DNA from: an uncultured Gemmatimonadaceae bacterium
Lineage (GTDB): Bacteria; Gemmatimonadota; Gemmatimonadetes; Gemmatimonadales; Gemmatimonadaceae
Assembly (NCBI GenBank): GCA_963761305.1
Contig: CAVXGK010000002.1
Location: forward strand, 1,376,001 to 1,440,000
Direction of reading: 5' to 3'
Length of the DNA: 64,000 nt
Shown here piece by piece: positions 33,129 to 43,069 of the stretch (its first letter is position 1; every line of letters starts with the position of its first letter). The notes below the pieces were generated by a model, which ran no database searches, was not told the origin of the DNA, and was given only the letters and a program-made list of their open reading frames with translations. The position numbers and the translations under genes are program-made.

Positions 33129-33632
33129 ATGGATCAAGCAGACCGAAGCGGACATCGCGATCTAGGCATCACGCTCATCGCCGTGTTCAAGTTCGTGAAA
33201 GCATTGCTGCTCTTCACCATCGCCCTCGGCGCGGTCGGGCTGGTCCGCGGCGGAGTGCCGCACGCGTCGGAGCGGCTGCTGTCCATGCTTTCCTCCGGCA
33301 CCGAGCGGCGCGTCACGCAGGCCGCGCTCTCGCGCATCACGAGCATGGGTCCGACCCGCATCGCCGCCCTGGGCGTCGGCGCCTTTCTGTATGCGGCGCT
33401 CTTCCTCGTCGAGGGGACCGGTTTGTGGCTTCAGCGCCGATGGGCCGAGTATCTCACCGTTGTCGCAACGGCGTCATTCATTCCGTTCGAGATCTATGAG
33501 ATCGTGCGCCGCATCACGATCACGCGTATGGTGGCGCTGGTCCTGAACATCGCCATCCTCGTCTATCTGATCGTTCGGCTGCGCCGGCGCCGCACGATGT
33601 CGAGCCGCCGTTCGTCATCCCACGTCGGCTGA
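33129..33632 (+). CDS. DUF2127-like membrane protein
   Basis: LIAVFKFVKA…YAALFLVEGTGLWLQRRWAEY…PFEIYE…NIAILVYL. Confidence 0.8.
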   Translation: MDQADRSGHRDLGITLIAVFKFVKALLLFTIALGAVGLVRGGVPHASERLLSMLSSGTERRVTQAALSRITSMGPTRIAALGVGAFLYAALFLVEGTGLWLQRRWAEYLTVVATASFIPFEIYEIVRRITITRMVALVLNIAILVYLIVRLRRRRTMSSRRSSSHVG

Positions 33633-33831
33633 TCGCCGCCGACACGCGTCGCACGATCGAGCAGCTCACGCCGGGGGACGCGGCGCGGACCAGAGCGACG
33701 ACACACCGACGACGTGGACCCAAACCCATCGCGTATCAACGTCTTTCCTGCCAACAGTCCTGCCACGCGGCGGCCATCTCAGCGGCGGGTGCCACGTCAT
33801 GACTTCGTTCCGACTCCACGCCGGCGGCAAG

Positions 33832-34812
33832 CTACCGCCGAACGCGTGAAGCTGTCTTTACCTCTTGCTCCTTCGACTCGAATACGAGATGAATCGCCGC
33901 CGCTTCCGGGCACACGAGCACCGGAGTGTCACTCGACCGTAGCACCCCGCCCATGACACTCGTAAATGAGTAGCGAGACATCCCATGGCCGTGGGTCGAC
34001 ATCGCGATCGCGTCGACCCCATGGGTAGTCGCAAAATCGACGATCGTCTTCGCGACGTGGTCGCTGACCGAGACGTGGGCATCGACGGGCAAGACCTCTG
34101 CCTCACTCAGACGACGCGCCGCTTCGTTCAGCTCCGCCGAGCACGTCGCGGCGAGCTGGTTGGTGGCATCATCGTCGGGCATGTTCACCAAATACGCATC
34201 TGGAGCGAAGGGTTTTATCGGAAGACGAGGAGCGACGGGGCGTACGACCTGAAGCAAAGTCAGCGACGCGCCCGTTGCCTTCCCCATGTTTACCGCGCTG
34301 TCGACTGCCGCGCTGCCGGGGGACGACCCATCCGTTGCCACGAGGATGTGACGAAATCGCCGCTGGGGAACAATGCGCGCGGTTTGAACGCCGGATGGCC
34401 GCAGAATGAGCACGGGCACGGTTGCATGCCGGATGACCGCCTCCACAACGCTCCCGAACAACACTCGGCTGAGACCCTTTCGCCTATGCGACGTCATCAC
34501 AATCAGGTCCGCCGCCATCTCCTTTGCGCGGCGTATGATCATCTCCGCCGGCGCGCCGCGCAGAACTTGGTGGGTCACCGGGCCGTTGGCTCCGGATCGG
34601 AGCTCTGCGGCGACCGCCTCGAGATACGTACACCCGTCGTTGCGCGCAGCGTCCTTCGATGACTCATCCCTGTTTTCGTCGAACGCGCTTGGCCGGCGTA
34701 CGAGAACGAGATCCACCTCCGCGGCTGAGGTGCCGGCGATTGCCATCGCTTGCCCGATGGCCTGTTCCGCAATCGGAGATCGATCCAGCGGGACCAAAAT
34801 CCTCTTGAACAT
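33832..34812 (-). CDS. Tandem universal stress protein
   Basis: MFKRILVPLD, ADLIVMTSH…FGSV, ILVATDGS, IAMSTHG. GGAGG RBS. Confidence 0.9.
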   Translation of the reverse strand: MFKRILVPLDRSPIAEQAIGQAMAIAGTSAAEVDLVLVRRPSAFDENRDESSKDAARNDGCTYLEAVAAELRSGANGPVTHQVLRGAPAEMIIRRAKEMAADLIVMTSHRRKGLSRVLFGSVVEAVIRHATVPVLILRPSGVQTARIVPQRRFRHILVATDGSSPGSAAVDSAVNMGKATGASLTLLQVVRPVAPRLPIKPFAPDAYLVNMPDDDATNQLAATCSAELNEAARRLSEAEVLPVDAHVSVSDHVAKTIVDFATTHGVDAIAMSTHGHGMSRYSFTSVMGGVLRSSDTPVLVCPEAAAIHLVFESKEQEVKTASRVRR

Positions 34813-35020
34813 GACTCGCCTCCGCGAAGTATCCGAACGATGGAGAAGGTGCGCGCGACCGCGGCGCCAGTCAGTCGGAAGACCCTCTCGCGGGACAGCG
34901 ACCTTCCCTGGCGTTGCGACCGGCCCGTCGCGGACAATGGGTGGCCGATTTCAGGATCGAGAGCATGCGACGGACGCGCCGACCGTCACGAACCGCCGCA
35001 TGTCCCGAATCCGCTGCTCT

Positions 35021-36289
35021 CTACGAGGTGAAGGTCAACAGCGTTTGCCCCACACCGTGCTCGATCCGAATCGCCAGATCTCGTCCGCCGTCATCTTGCA
35101 AAATGTCCACGGCCGAGGGACCGGCGATTCCTCGCGTGAGGTGGGGAACGCCCCGCCCTTCCTCGCCGAACATTAGAGTCACGCGTTGATCGTGCGGATC
35201 GTACGTCGCGCCGCGCAGGGGATAGTCGAATTCCTCCGCTTGCGCTCCAATATCGGGATCGTCCACCTCGAGCGTGCCCCGACGACCAATGTTCCGCCGA
35301 GTGAAGGCGTCGAGCTGCGCCGACCAGTCGGAGTGAGGAAGGGAACGGACCGCCGCCGGCTCGAATCTGACACCGGCCTGCGTCACCACCGCCAAACGCG
35401 GGATCGTGAGCACGCTGCACGTCGAGGCACGTACGATGCGAGTCGCCACGCTACCAATGAGCATTCGTCCCATGAAGCCGTGACCGTGGCTTCCGGTCGC
35501 AATCAGGTCGGCGCCGACGCTCGTGGCAAAGGCGAGCAACTCCGTCGCGGCGTCGCCTTGCAGAAGGACGTTCTGGACGATCGTCCCCGGCGGAATTCGA
35601 AGCTGCTCGCGCGTCCGTTGGAGAGCATCAGCCGCGCCCACCTTGTACGTCGTGCTCCAGCTCTTCCAATCGTAGAGTGAGTTGTCGCGTGGAACGACGT
35701 GCACCAAGAAGAGCGTCGCGTCATTCGCGGCGAGGGTGAGAGCCATGCGGGCCGCCCGCAGGCTGGTTTCGCTGAAGTCCAGGGCGATGACGATCCGCCG
35801 TGGCGCGCGCGACGTTCCTGGCGCGGTCGCCAGGACCGGAACGTCGGCCGCGCGGATCAAACGAAGCGCCGTTTCGTCGCTGAAGATCCGGTCGGCGACC
35901 CGGTGCCGCCCGAGGCCGGAGACGATCATCGTCGCACCGGCACGATGCGCTATCCGCGCGATCACCGTGGCCGGATCTCCCTCGTGGACTTCGACGTCCG
36001 GCGCGTCGTCCCAGAGCCGGCTGGCCTGCTCGGCCGCGTCGCGCTTCGCCTCGTCGATCTTGGCATTTTCGACCTCGAGCGGTATCGGGATCGGGATGTC
36101 GGGCACCATGGGCACCGGTTTCAGCACGGTGATCAGGCGCACCGCCGCGTTGGATTCGGCCAAGAGGCGTCCCATCACCAGCGCCGAATCAGATTGCTCG
36201 CGTCCGTCCGTGGCAATGATGATCGGCGCGGCGACACTCGCGCGCACTCCGATTTCCGGCACTGCTGAGGCAATGTTCAGCGCATCCAT
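35021..36289 (-). CDS. Tandem USP with an extra C-terminal domain (DUF5335-like)
   Basis: IIIATDG, IVIALDFS, ATGSHGHG…IGSVA, tail W…LDAFTRRN.GR…L.GATYDPHD. GAGGAG RBS. Confidence 0.85.
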   Translation of the reverse strand: MDALNIASAVPEIGVRASVAAPIIIATDGREQSDSALVMGRLLAESNAAVRLITVLKPVPMVPDIPIPIPLEVENAKIDEAKRDAAEQASRLWDDAPDVEVHEGDPATVIARIAHRAGATMIVSGLGRHRVADRIFSDETALRLIRAADVPVLATAPGTSRAPRRIVIALDFSETSLRAARMALTLAANDATLFLVHVVPRDNSLYDWKSWSTTYKVGAADALQRTREQLRIPPGTIVQNVLLQGDAATELLAFATSVGADLIATGSHGHGFMGRMLIGSVATRIVRASTCSVLTIPRLAVVTQAGVRFEPAAVRSLPHSDWSAQLDAFTRRNIGRRGTLEVDDPDIGAQAEEFDYPLRGATYDPHDQRVTLMFGEEGRGVPHLTRGIAGPSAVDILQDDGGRDLAIRIEHGVGQTLLTFTS

Positions 36290-36554
36290 GGGCTCCTCCT
36301 CGATCAGACCGGTCGACGTCCATTCGTCGCGGTTCGTGGGAGAAAGGTGCCGGTTTGAGCGCGGTACCACCGTCGGCGTTCGCCCGAAAGCTTGTCGGGC
36401 ATTCTACCGAAAGCGCCCTGTCCGAACGGGGAGCCGGTCCGACAGTTCGGCTATCGTCTGGCTGCGCGCCCTATGATCTCGTCGGCGTGAATGCGGAAGA
36501 GCACCTGTCGGTGCGGCGTCGCGTCAACCGACGTGAGCGCGTGCTCGTACCTCG

Positions 36555-36888
36555 TTCGCGTGCACGTCGTGATTCACGATACGCTGATCGAGGTCTCGAA
36601 GGGCGTTCATTATCGGGCCTGGAGCTTCGAGGGGCGCGTGCCCGGTCCGCGCAGCACAGTACTCGACGCATCCGATCAGCGTGAAGGTGAACGAGCTGTT
36701 GCGTCTCTACGTCGTCAACGCGGGTCCGAACCGGTTCTCTGCGTTCCATGTGGTCGGCGGCATCTTTGAGCGCGTGTTCGTCGACGGCTCGCAGGCGAGT
36801 CCGCTGGTAGGAGTTCAGACGGTGAGCGTGCCCGTCGGAGGCGGTTCGATCTTCGAGATTCGGCTCAAACAGGCTGGCGAATATCCGC
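36555..36888 (+). pseudogene. nirK: Copper nitrite reductase/multicopper oxidase relic with an internal deletion
   Basis: …EVSKGVHYRAWSFEGRVPGP in one frame is joined near 36650 to …VNAGPNRFSAFHVVGGIFERV…GVQTVSVPVGGGSIFE…AGEYP in another frame. Confidence 0.7.
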
Positions 36889-37061
36889 GTTACGACTGGC
36901 TCGCGGTAATCGCCCGCGTGCGCCACGACGGTATCGCCGTCGTGCGACGCCGAAACGGCGGCGCCGCTCGCGCCATTTGCGTTTCCCGGCAAGACATCGA
37001 AGCGCTGTTACGCGCCGACGGTCGCCGTCACGATCAGGCACAACAGGGCGACGACTCTCAT
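36889..37061 (-). pseudogene. nosD: 5' remnant of a NosD-like gene with a nonsense codon
   Basis: Signal peptide MRVVALLCLIVTATVGA, TAA at 37008-37010, then …HDGDTVVAHAGDYREPVV. Coupled to the nosL stop and truncated against the nirK relic. Confidence 0.55.
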
Positions 37062-37525
37062 CGGATGTCGCTCCACCGCTTGATGTCGCCCGCGTCGATG
37101 ACGCCGAGTGCGGCGGCGTCGCGTGCGGACGCGACCGCCGCCCATGCGCGCCCCATCGGCGCGCGGTCTTCTCCGAGATCGATGAACCGAGCCGACGTCG
37201 CGTCGAACATGACGCCGGGATGACGGACATCCGACACCCACACCGACGCGACGGCCGCCGATGCCTGCCGATAGTAGGCCAGGAGGCATTCGATCGAGTC
37301 GAACTTCACCGTTCGGCCGTGCACGGTCACGATCGCCGCGGCGAACCGATTGTCGCCGATCAGCATTCGGCAAAAGCTGCAGACATCGACGCCCAAGGCG
37401 ATGTCATCGGGCCGGCCAGGTGCGCACGCGACGACGAGCGAAAGCACCGCCGGACGGATCGCCATCCATCGGCGTCCGACGGCTGCGGTCGTCAGAATCG
37501 TCGACCGATGGCGCAAAGTCGACAT
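37058..37525 (-). CDS. nosL: NosL-like copper chaperone lipoprotein
   Basis: VVAC lipobox, CSFCRMLI, FDSIECL, APMG. Confidence 0.8.
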   Translation of the reverse strand: MSTLRHRSTILTTAAVGRRWMAIRPAVLSLVVACAPGRPDDIALGVDVCSFCRMLIGDNRFAAAIVTVHGRTVKFDSIECLLAYYRQASAAVASVWVSDVRHPGVMFDATSARFIDLGEDRAPMGRAWAAVASARDAAALGVIDAGDIKRWSDIR

Positions 37526-37729
37526 AGGTGCGTTCTCCAGAAGTGAGAAGTGCAACGATCTCATCGAGGTGCGAATTGCACTCAAGATGTCGTAAGCCGG
37601 GGATCGGGTCCGTCCGATAAGAGACTGATTCGGCGTGCGATAACCCCCGACGCCTGGTCGGGGATCCGGCGACGGCGCCGACCGGCCGCCGCGCGCACCT
37701 TTGGCCAATGCATTGTCAGTCGATTCGGT

Positions 37730-37873
37730 ATGGAGGAGCGCGCGCTCTCGACGACCGCTGATCACGTGCTACGAGCCGTATTATTCCTAGCCCGGAAGCC
37801 TAACGACGAGGTCACCTCGGCCGCCGACGTGGCTCACGCCATCGGCGCTCCGCGCGACTTGCTCAGCGTCTAG
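37730..37873 (+). pseudogene. Truncated Rrf2-family regulator
   Basis: LSTTADHVLRAVLFLA…SAADVAHAIGAPRD is an Rrf2 N-terminus followed by a premature stop. Confidence 0.65.
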
Positions 37874-37916
37874 TTGGCGGAGCGACCTTAGGCCGCCAAG
37901 CGTACCGGTCCCGCGG

Positions 37917-38162
37917 TCAGCGCAGGAACGTCAGGGCGACGAGGGGCACAAGATTGAACAGCAGGATTCCGATCTTGTAAACGCTCATCCCGGCGTAGTG
38001 GATAGCGTCGAACTGTTCGCGCGAGAGGTGAAACCACCGGCTGTGCATTCGATACAGCCAGTCACCCGCGAAAACGAACGCCAGGAACCACACGATCAGT
38101 ACGGCGTAGTCGAAGACCGTGCACCAGAGCAGGAACGTGCGGGTGAGCTCGAACGTCATCAT
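37917..38162 (-). CDS. Small membrane protein (DUF6868-like)
   Basis: FLLWCT…HSRWFHLSREQFDAIHYAGMSVYKIGILLFNLVP. GGAGG RBS. Confidence 0.75.
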   Translation of the reverse strand: MMTFELTRTFLLWCTVFDYAVLIVWFLAFVFAGDWLYRMHSRWFHLSREQFDAIHYAGMSVYKIGILLFNLVPLVALTFLR

Positions 38163-38171
38163 GTCCTCCCG

Positions 38172-40079
38172 TTATGCCGCGCGGCGCGGAGCGACGCCCT
38201 GGGCCGCCGGCGGATTGCGAGGCATCGAGCGCGCGTCGTCACCGGGCCGGCCCGCAAGCGGCGGAGCCGACGTTCTCAGCGCGTTGAGAATCACCGCGAC
38301 GTCGATCACTTCCTGAAGCACGGCGCCGGTGATCGGCGCCAGTCGGCCGAACGCCGCCACGAGCATCGCGACACCGCTCAAGCCCAGTCCGACGCGGATG
38401 CTTTGCCGCGCAATGCGCATGGTACGATCGGCGATCGACTTCGTTTCGCCGACGCGACCCAGCGCGTCGACCAGCACGATGACATCGGCCGCTTCGGCGG
38501 CGATCCCACCACCGTGCGACGCGAGGGCGACGCCGACGTCGGCGGTGGACAAGGCCGGCGCGTCGTTGACGCCGTCGCCGATCATCATCACGACGCCGCC
38601 TTCGGCTTGCATCCGCTCGATGAATCGCGCCTTGTCGTCGGGCATCAGATCGCCGTACGTCTCCTCGATCCCCACGCGGGCCGCAATTTCCCGGGCGATC
38701 GGAGCGTGGTCGCCGGACAGAAGAGCGAATCGTCGGATCCCCAAGTCTTTGAGCTCGTGCAGCAGTTGCGGCAGGTCGGGCCGCAGCTGGTCGGCGTACT
38801 CGAGCACCGCGGCGAGACGCTCGTCGATCGAGACGTACGCGCGCAGCGTGGCTCCGTGTCGTTCGAGCCGAGCGGCCGTGAGCACACTCCCCTCGCAGGG
38901 CGGAATGACGAATGAACGAGCGCCGACCCGCACGTAGTGGCCATCGACGACGCCGGCGATGCCCTGCCCCGGAGTCTCGAGTGCGCCGGTCGTGTCGGGA
39001 ATCGAGAGCCGCTGTTGCCGCACCGCCTCGACGAGCACGCGTGCGAGTAAATGACTGGAGCGTTGCTCGATCGCTGCGGCATAGGCCAGCACCGTCGAGC
39101 GATCGAAGCCGGCGTCCACCGCGACGCGCTCGAGCAGCGGCGTGCCTACCGTAAGGGTACCCGTCTTGTCGAAGACGGCCACGTTCACCTGGCTCAGCGC
39201 TTCGAGCGCTCCCCCGTGGCGGATGATCACGAAGCGGCGCGCGGCCCGATTGATCCCGCCGATGATCGCCACCGGCGTCGCAAGGATGAGGGGACACGGC
39301 GTGGCCACGACGAGAATCGCCAGCGCGCGCATCCAATCATGCGTGAAGCCGACCGCGATGCCGCACAGGGCGATCGTTATCGGTGTGAACCACACGGCGT
39401 AGCGGTCGGCGACACGTTGAATCGGTGCCTTGCTCGCCTGTGCGCCCCGCACCAGTTCGACGATCTTCGCGTACTGACTCTGCTCCGCGGCCGCGCCGAC
39501 CGACATGCGGAACGATCCGAATCCGTTGGCCATGCCACTCATGACGCGCGTGCCGCGCGTCGCTCGCACCGGCACGGGCTCACCGGTCAGCGACGAGCTG
39601 TCGAGCTCCGACTCACCATCCAGCACGACCCCATCGCACGGAATCAGATCGCCGGGACGAATCAGCAGCGTGTCGCCGACGTGCACGGCCGACGCGGGAA
39701 CGTCCTCGACGTCAAGACCACGAACGCGCCGCGCCATGCGTGGCGCCGCGGCCTCGAGCGCGCGAACCGCCGCCGACGCGCGACCTTCGGCATAACGCTC
39801 GAGCGCCTCCCCACCCGCCTGCATGAGGACGATGACGAGCCCGGCCAACGGCTGTCCGAGCGCGACGGCGCCGATGATGGAGAGCGAGGCGACGATGTCG
39901 GTCGCGAGACGGCCGTGGGCGACTGCCCGCAGCGTGCGAAAGACGAGCGGCGCCCCCATCACGACCACGCCGGCCATCCACACGTCCCGCGCCCACATCG
40001 CGTGATGGAGCAGTGCCAACGCGCCGCCTACCGCGAGGAAACTCAGCGTCAAGCCGAGGGAGACCAGTCGGGTGCGCAT
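38172..40079 (-). CDS. Heavy-metal P1B-type ATPase (P1B-5 signature)
   Basis: LTGE, ATPCPL, DKTGT, GDGVNDAP, QEVID. Confidence 0.92.
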   Translation of the reverse strand: MRTRLVSLGLTLSFLAVGGALALLHHAMWARDVWMAGVVVMGAPLVFRTLRAVAHGRLATDIVASLSIIGAVALGQPLAGLVIVLMQAGGEALERYAEGRASAAVRALEAAAPRMARRVRGLDVEDVPASAVHVGDTLLIRPGDLIPCDGVVLDGESELDSSSLTGEPVPVRATRGTRVMSGMANGFGSFRMSVGAAAEQSQYAKIVELVRGAQASKAPIQRVADRYAVWFTPITIALCGIAVGFTHDWMRALAILVVATPCPLILATPVAIIGGINRAARRFVIIRHGGALEALSQVNVAVFDKTGTLTVGTPLLERVAVDAGFDRSTVLAYAAAIEQRSSHLLARVLVEAVRQQRLSIPDTTGALETPGQGIAGVVDGHYVRVGARSFVIPPCEGSVLTAARLERHGATLRAYVSIDERLAAVLEYADQLRPDLPQLLHELKDLGIRRFALLSGDHAPIAREIAARVGIEETYGDLMPDDKARFIERMQAEGGVVMMIGDGVNDAPALSTADVGVALASHGGGIAAEAADVIVLVDALGRVGETKSIADRTMRIARQSIRVGLGLSGVAMLVAAFGRLAPITGAVLQEVIDVAVILNALRTSAPPLAGRPGDDARSMPRNPPAAQGVAPRRAA

Positions 40080-40095
40080 GGATTGAGTCCGTGAT

Positions 40096-40950
40096 TTATG
40101 CGTTGCGAAGTGTGGCGAGCGCGGGGGCGGCATCCGACCTGCGCAAACGAGACAGGGCCCGGTCCTTGATCTGACGGGCCCGCTCGCGCGTCACATGTAG
40201 TCGTTGACCAATGCTTTCGAGCGTCATCGGATCGCCTCCGTCAAACCCGAAGTAAAGTCGTACCACCGTCGCCTCGCGCTCCCGAAGCTGGCCCAGCGCG
40301 GCCTCGACCGACTCGGCAAGGTTGCCATCCGCGGCCTCTCGATCGGGTGGATCGGCGGACTCGTCGGGCAGGTACTCGATCAGGCGCGCGTCGTCGCCCA
40401 AGGGTGCATCCAGCGAGATGGGAGATCGAGCGATGCGCATCGTCATGGCCGCCTCGGCCTCGGTGATGCCTGCTCCCTGAATGAGCTCGATCTGCGTCGG
40501 CTCGCGGCCCAGCTCCTTGCGCAAGGCGTCGGCGTGCCGTCCGATTTGGCGCATCGCGCTGAATCGCGTCATTGGAACACTGACCGCGTGTCCGTACTCG
40601 GCGATGGCTTGTGCGATTGCCTGGCGAACCCACCAGATCGCATACGAGATGAATCGCACGCCGCGCGTCTCGTCGAATCGGTGCGCGGCGCGGATCAATC
40701 CGAGGTTCCCCTCGTCGATCAAGTCCGAGAGCGGAACCCCGTGATGCTGGTACTTCTTGGCGACGGAGACGACGAACCTCAAGTTCGCACACACGAGGCG
40801 ATCGATCGCGCGCCTGTCGCCGCCTCGCGCCAGGTGTGCGAGCTTGGCTTCATCAGGGGCGTTGAGGAGTGGGAATGAGCCAATCTCCCGCAGATAGGTG
40901 GCGAGCGAATCCCCAACCGAATCACGACGTCGCCGAGCGATGGTAGACAT
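40096..40950 (-). CDS. RpoD/RpoS-family sigma-70 factor lacking region 1.1
   Basis: YLREIG, ANLRFVVSVAKKY, DLIDEGNLGL, FISYAIWW, TRERARQI. Confidence 0.93.
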   Translation of the reverse strand: MSTIARRRRDSVGDSLATYLREIGSFPLLNAPDEAKLAHLARGGDRRAIDRLVCANLRFVVSVAKKYQHHGVPLSDLIDEGNLGLIRAAHRFDETRGVRFISYAIWWVRQAIAQAIAEYGHAVSVPMTRFSAMRQIGRHADALRKELGREPTQIELIQGAGITEAEAAMTMRIARSPISLDAPLGDDARLIEYLPDESADPPDREAADGNLAESVEAALGQLREREATVVRLYFGFDGGDPMTLESIGQRLHVTRERARQIKDRALSRLRRSDAAPALATLRNA

Positions 40951-40962
40951 GGGACCAGGTGT

Positions 40963-42234
40963 TTGAGAAATCGACGCATTGGAATCGTACCGATTGATCG
41001 CTCCGCGCTCAGCGGGAAAGCCCCTGAAAAACGGTCGGGGGAAACCCTACGCTGCAGCGGCCGGGCGACGACGGCCGCGAGTCTCATCGCGGATCCAGGA
41101 GATAACCGCCTGCGATACGTCGACGCCGTTCGAGTCTGGGCGGTCGCGCTCGTCTTCGTCGTGCACGTTGCCGAAGTCTTCAATCCGTGGGATGAATGGC
41201 ACATCACAAACGCCGACCGAAGCCGGGCCGCCGGCGAGATCGCGCTGATCGCTGCGCCGTGGGTCATGCCCATCATCATGCTCCTCGCGGGCGTGAGCGC
41301 CTGGTATTCGCTGCAGCGACGGGGAAATGGCGTCTACGTCCGCGAGCGCGTCGTTCGCGTGCTAATTCCGCTGATCGTTGGGACGCTGACGCTCGTTCCG
41401 CCGCAGGTCTACCTCGAGCGCCGGCTTCGCGGGCAGTTTCAGGGCTCCTTCATAGAGTTCTATCCTCACTTCTTCCAAGGGATCTACCCGAACGGAAACT
41501 TGTCCTGGCACCACCTCTGGTTTCTGGCGCACCTGTTCCTGTATTCCCTGATCGCCCTGCCGCTTTTTCGACACTGGCTGCGAAGCAACGGTGGACGAAC
41601 GATGTACTGGGCCGCGCGCGTGGCCGGCGCCCCGGGCGGGCTCCTGTGGCTGGCCATCCCGCTGATTCTCGAGCGAAACCTGCTGTGGGGACTCTTTCCC
41701 GAGCGGCACATGCTGGCCAGCGACTGGTCGAACCACGCGCTCCTGTTCGTCGCCTATGTGTACGGATTCGTGCTCGCGGGAACGCCGTGGCTGGGGCGCG
41801 CGATCGACACACAATGGCCGCGCGCGTTGGTGACCGCCGCCATCGGAACCGTTGCCCTGTCGATCGGTGCGTGGGTCGGCGTCGTGCCCACCCGAATTCC
41901 GCCGCCGTATTCGCTCGAGTACCTCGCGTTCTGGACGCTGTACGCGGTCGGCGCGTGGGCATGGATGGTCGCCATCCTCGGCATGGCCCGCCGTTGGCTC
42001 GACGGAGACAGCGCAGTCGTCCGGTACGGCCGGAGAACGGGTTACACCGTCTACATCGTCCACCAGCCGATCATCGTGGGCGTCGCGTACCTCGTGGTGC
42101 AGACGTCGGCGTCCGTCGCGTGGAAGTTTATGACGATCTTGGTTATCTCCGCCGTCGCGACGTTCCTCTCCGCAGAGCTCCTCACGCGCCTCCCGATTCC
42201 CGCCCTTTCGGGTTCCCCGCGCGAACCGACGTGA
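40963..42234 (+). CDS. Acyltransferase family 3 (OpgC/MdoC-like) membrane protein
   Basis: RLRYVDAVR…VH, HHLWFL, YIVHQP. The true start is probably near 41070-41110. Confidence 0.8.
   Translation: MRNRRIGIVPIDRSALSGKAPEKRSGETLRCSGRATTAASLIADPGDNRLRYVDAVRVWAVALVFVVHVAEVFNPWDEWHITNADRSRAAGEIALIAAPWVMPIIMLLAGVSAWYSLQRRGNGVYVRERVVRVLIPLIVGTLTLVPPQVYLERRLRGQFQGSFIEFYPHFFQGIYPNGNLSWHHLWFLAHLFLYSLIALPLFRHWLRSNGGRTMYWAARVAGAPGGLLWLAIPLILERNLLWGLFPERHMLASDWSNHALLFVAYVYGFVLAGTPWLGRAIDTQWPRALVTAAIGTVALSIGAWVGVVPTRIPPPYSLEYLAFWTLYAVGAWAWMVAILGMARRWLDGDSAVVRYGRRTGYTVYIVHQPIIVGVAYLVVQTSASVAWKFMTILVISAVATFLSAELLTRLPIPALSGSPREPT
41034..41050. promoter_or_regulatory. 17-bp palindromic site (putative NarL/NreC-type box)
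   Basis: GTCGG-GGGAAAC-CCTAC, with a companion GCGGG-AAAGCCC-CTGAA at 41012. Confidence 0.5.
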
Positions 42235-42364
42235 GCCGGCGTCGGGGTCAGGCGTTCCACAGGAACCAGTGCCGTTTTTTCCGACAGACGCGGCACGATC
42301 CTGAGACTATCATCGCATCGCTGATCCCTGCGCGAGGTGCAGGGCACTCATCACGGGAGGGGTT

Positions 42365-43021
42365 ATGATCAAGACCGATTCGAAGTTGCAGCGAGACGTG
42401 ATCGACGAGCTTCATTGGGACCCGGCAGTCGGGTCCGCCGAGATCGGCGTTGCGTCGAGAAATGGCGTCATCACGCTCAGCGGACAGGTTGGCAGCTTCG
42501 CCACGAAGCATGCGGCGGTGTTGGCCGCCGAGCGAGTCGCCGGCGTACGGGCGATCGCTGAGGAACTCAAAGTCGTGCTGCCGATGTCGCACGTTCGCAC
42601 CGACACCGATCTGGCGCACGGCGCAGCGTCGACGCTGAAATGGGACGTGCAGGTGCCCGACGATGCGGTGAAGGCACGCGTCGAGGATGGATGGGTGTGG
42701 CTCGAGGGAGAGATCGAATGGCAGTTTCAGTCGACCGCCGCCGAGCGTGCAGTCCGTAACCTCACCGGCGTCCGTGGCGTTACCAACTCGATTCGCGTGA
42801 AGAAGATCCCATCGACGGCGGACGTGAAGGCGAGGATCGAGAACGCGCTGAAGCGTCACGCCGAGTTGGACTCGAAGCAGATTCGGGTCGAGGCGACCGA
42901 CGGGCGCGTGACGCTCAGCGGTACGGTTCGCTCTCGGGCAGAGCGTGAGGAGGCCGAGTTCGCGGCGTGGTCGGCGCCCGGAGTGACGAAGGTGGACGAT
43001 CAGCTCTTTGTGCTGGTCTGA
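42365..43021 (+). CDS. BON (OsmY-like) domain protein, three repeats
   Basis: KTDSKLQRDVIDELHWDP, GVITLSGQV, AWSAPGVTKV. GGAGG RBS. Confidence 0.9.
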   Translation: MIKTDSKLQRDVIDELHWDPAVGSAEIGVASRNGVITLSGQVGSFATKHAAVLAAERVAGVRAIAEELKVVLPMSHVRTDTDLAHGAASTLKWDVQVPDDAVKARVEDGWVWLEGEIEWQFQSTAAERAVRNLTGVRGVTNSIRVKKIPSTADVKARIENALKRHAELDSKQIRVEATDGRVTLSGTVRSRAEREEAEFAAWSAPGVTKVDDQLFVLV

Positions 43022-43031
43022 GCAGTTCAAC

Positions 43032-43059
43032 GGGCTACCGGCCGATAGGCCGGTAGCCC
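43032..43059. terminator. Hairpin between the two BON genes
   Basis: GGGCTACCGGCC-GATA-GGCCGGTAGCCC, a perfect 12-bp stem directly before the next RBS. Confidence 0.5.
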
Positions 43060-43069
43060 AGGAGACGCG

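Noticed and set aside
34865..34915. Additional island palindrome upstream of the first USP
   Set aside because: Only half-site matches are present, too weak to count in GC-rich DNA.
37550..37590. FNR/CRP box upstream of nosL
   Set aside because: There is only a partial resemblance and no proper TTGAT-N4-ATCAA or TGTGA-N6-TCACA match.
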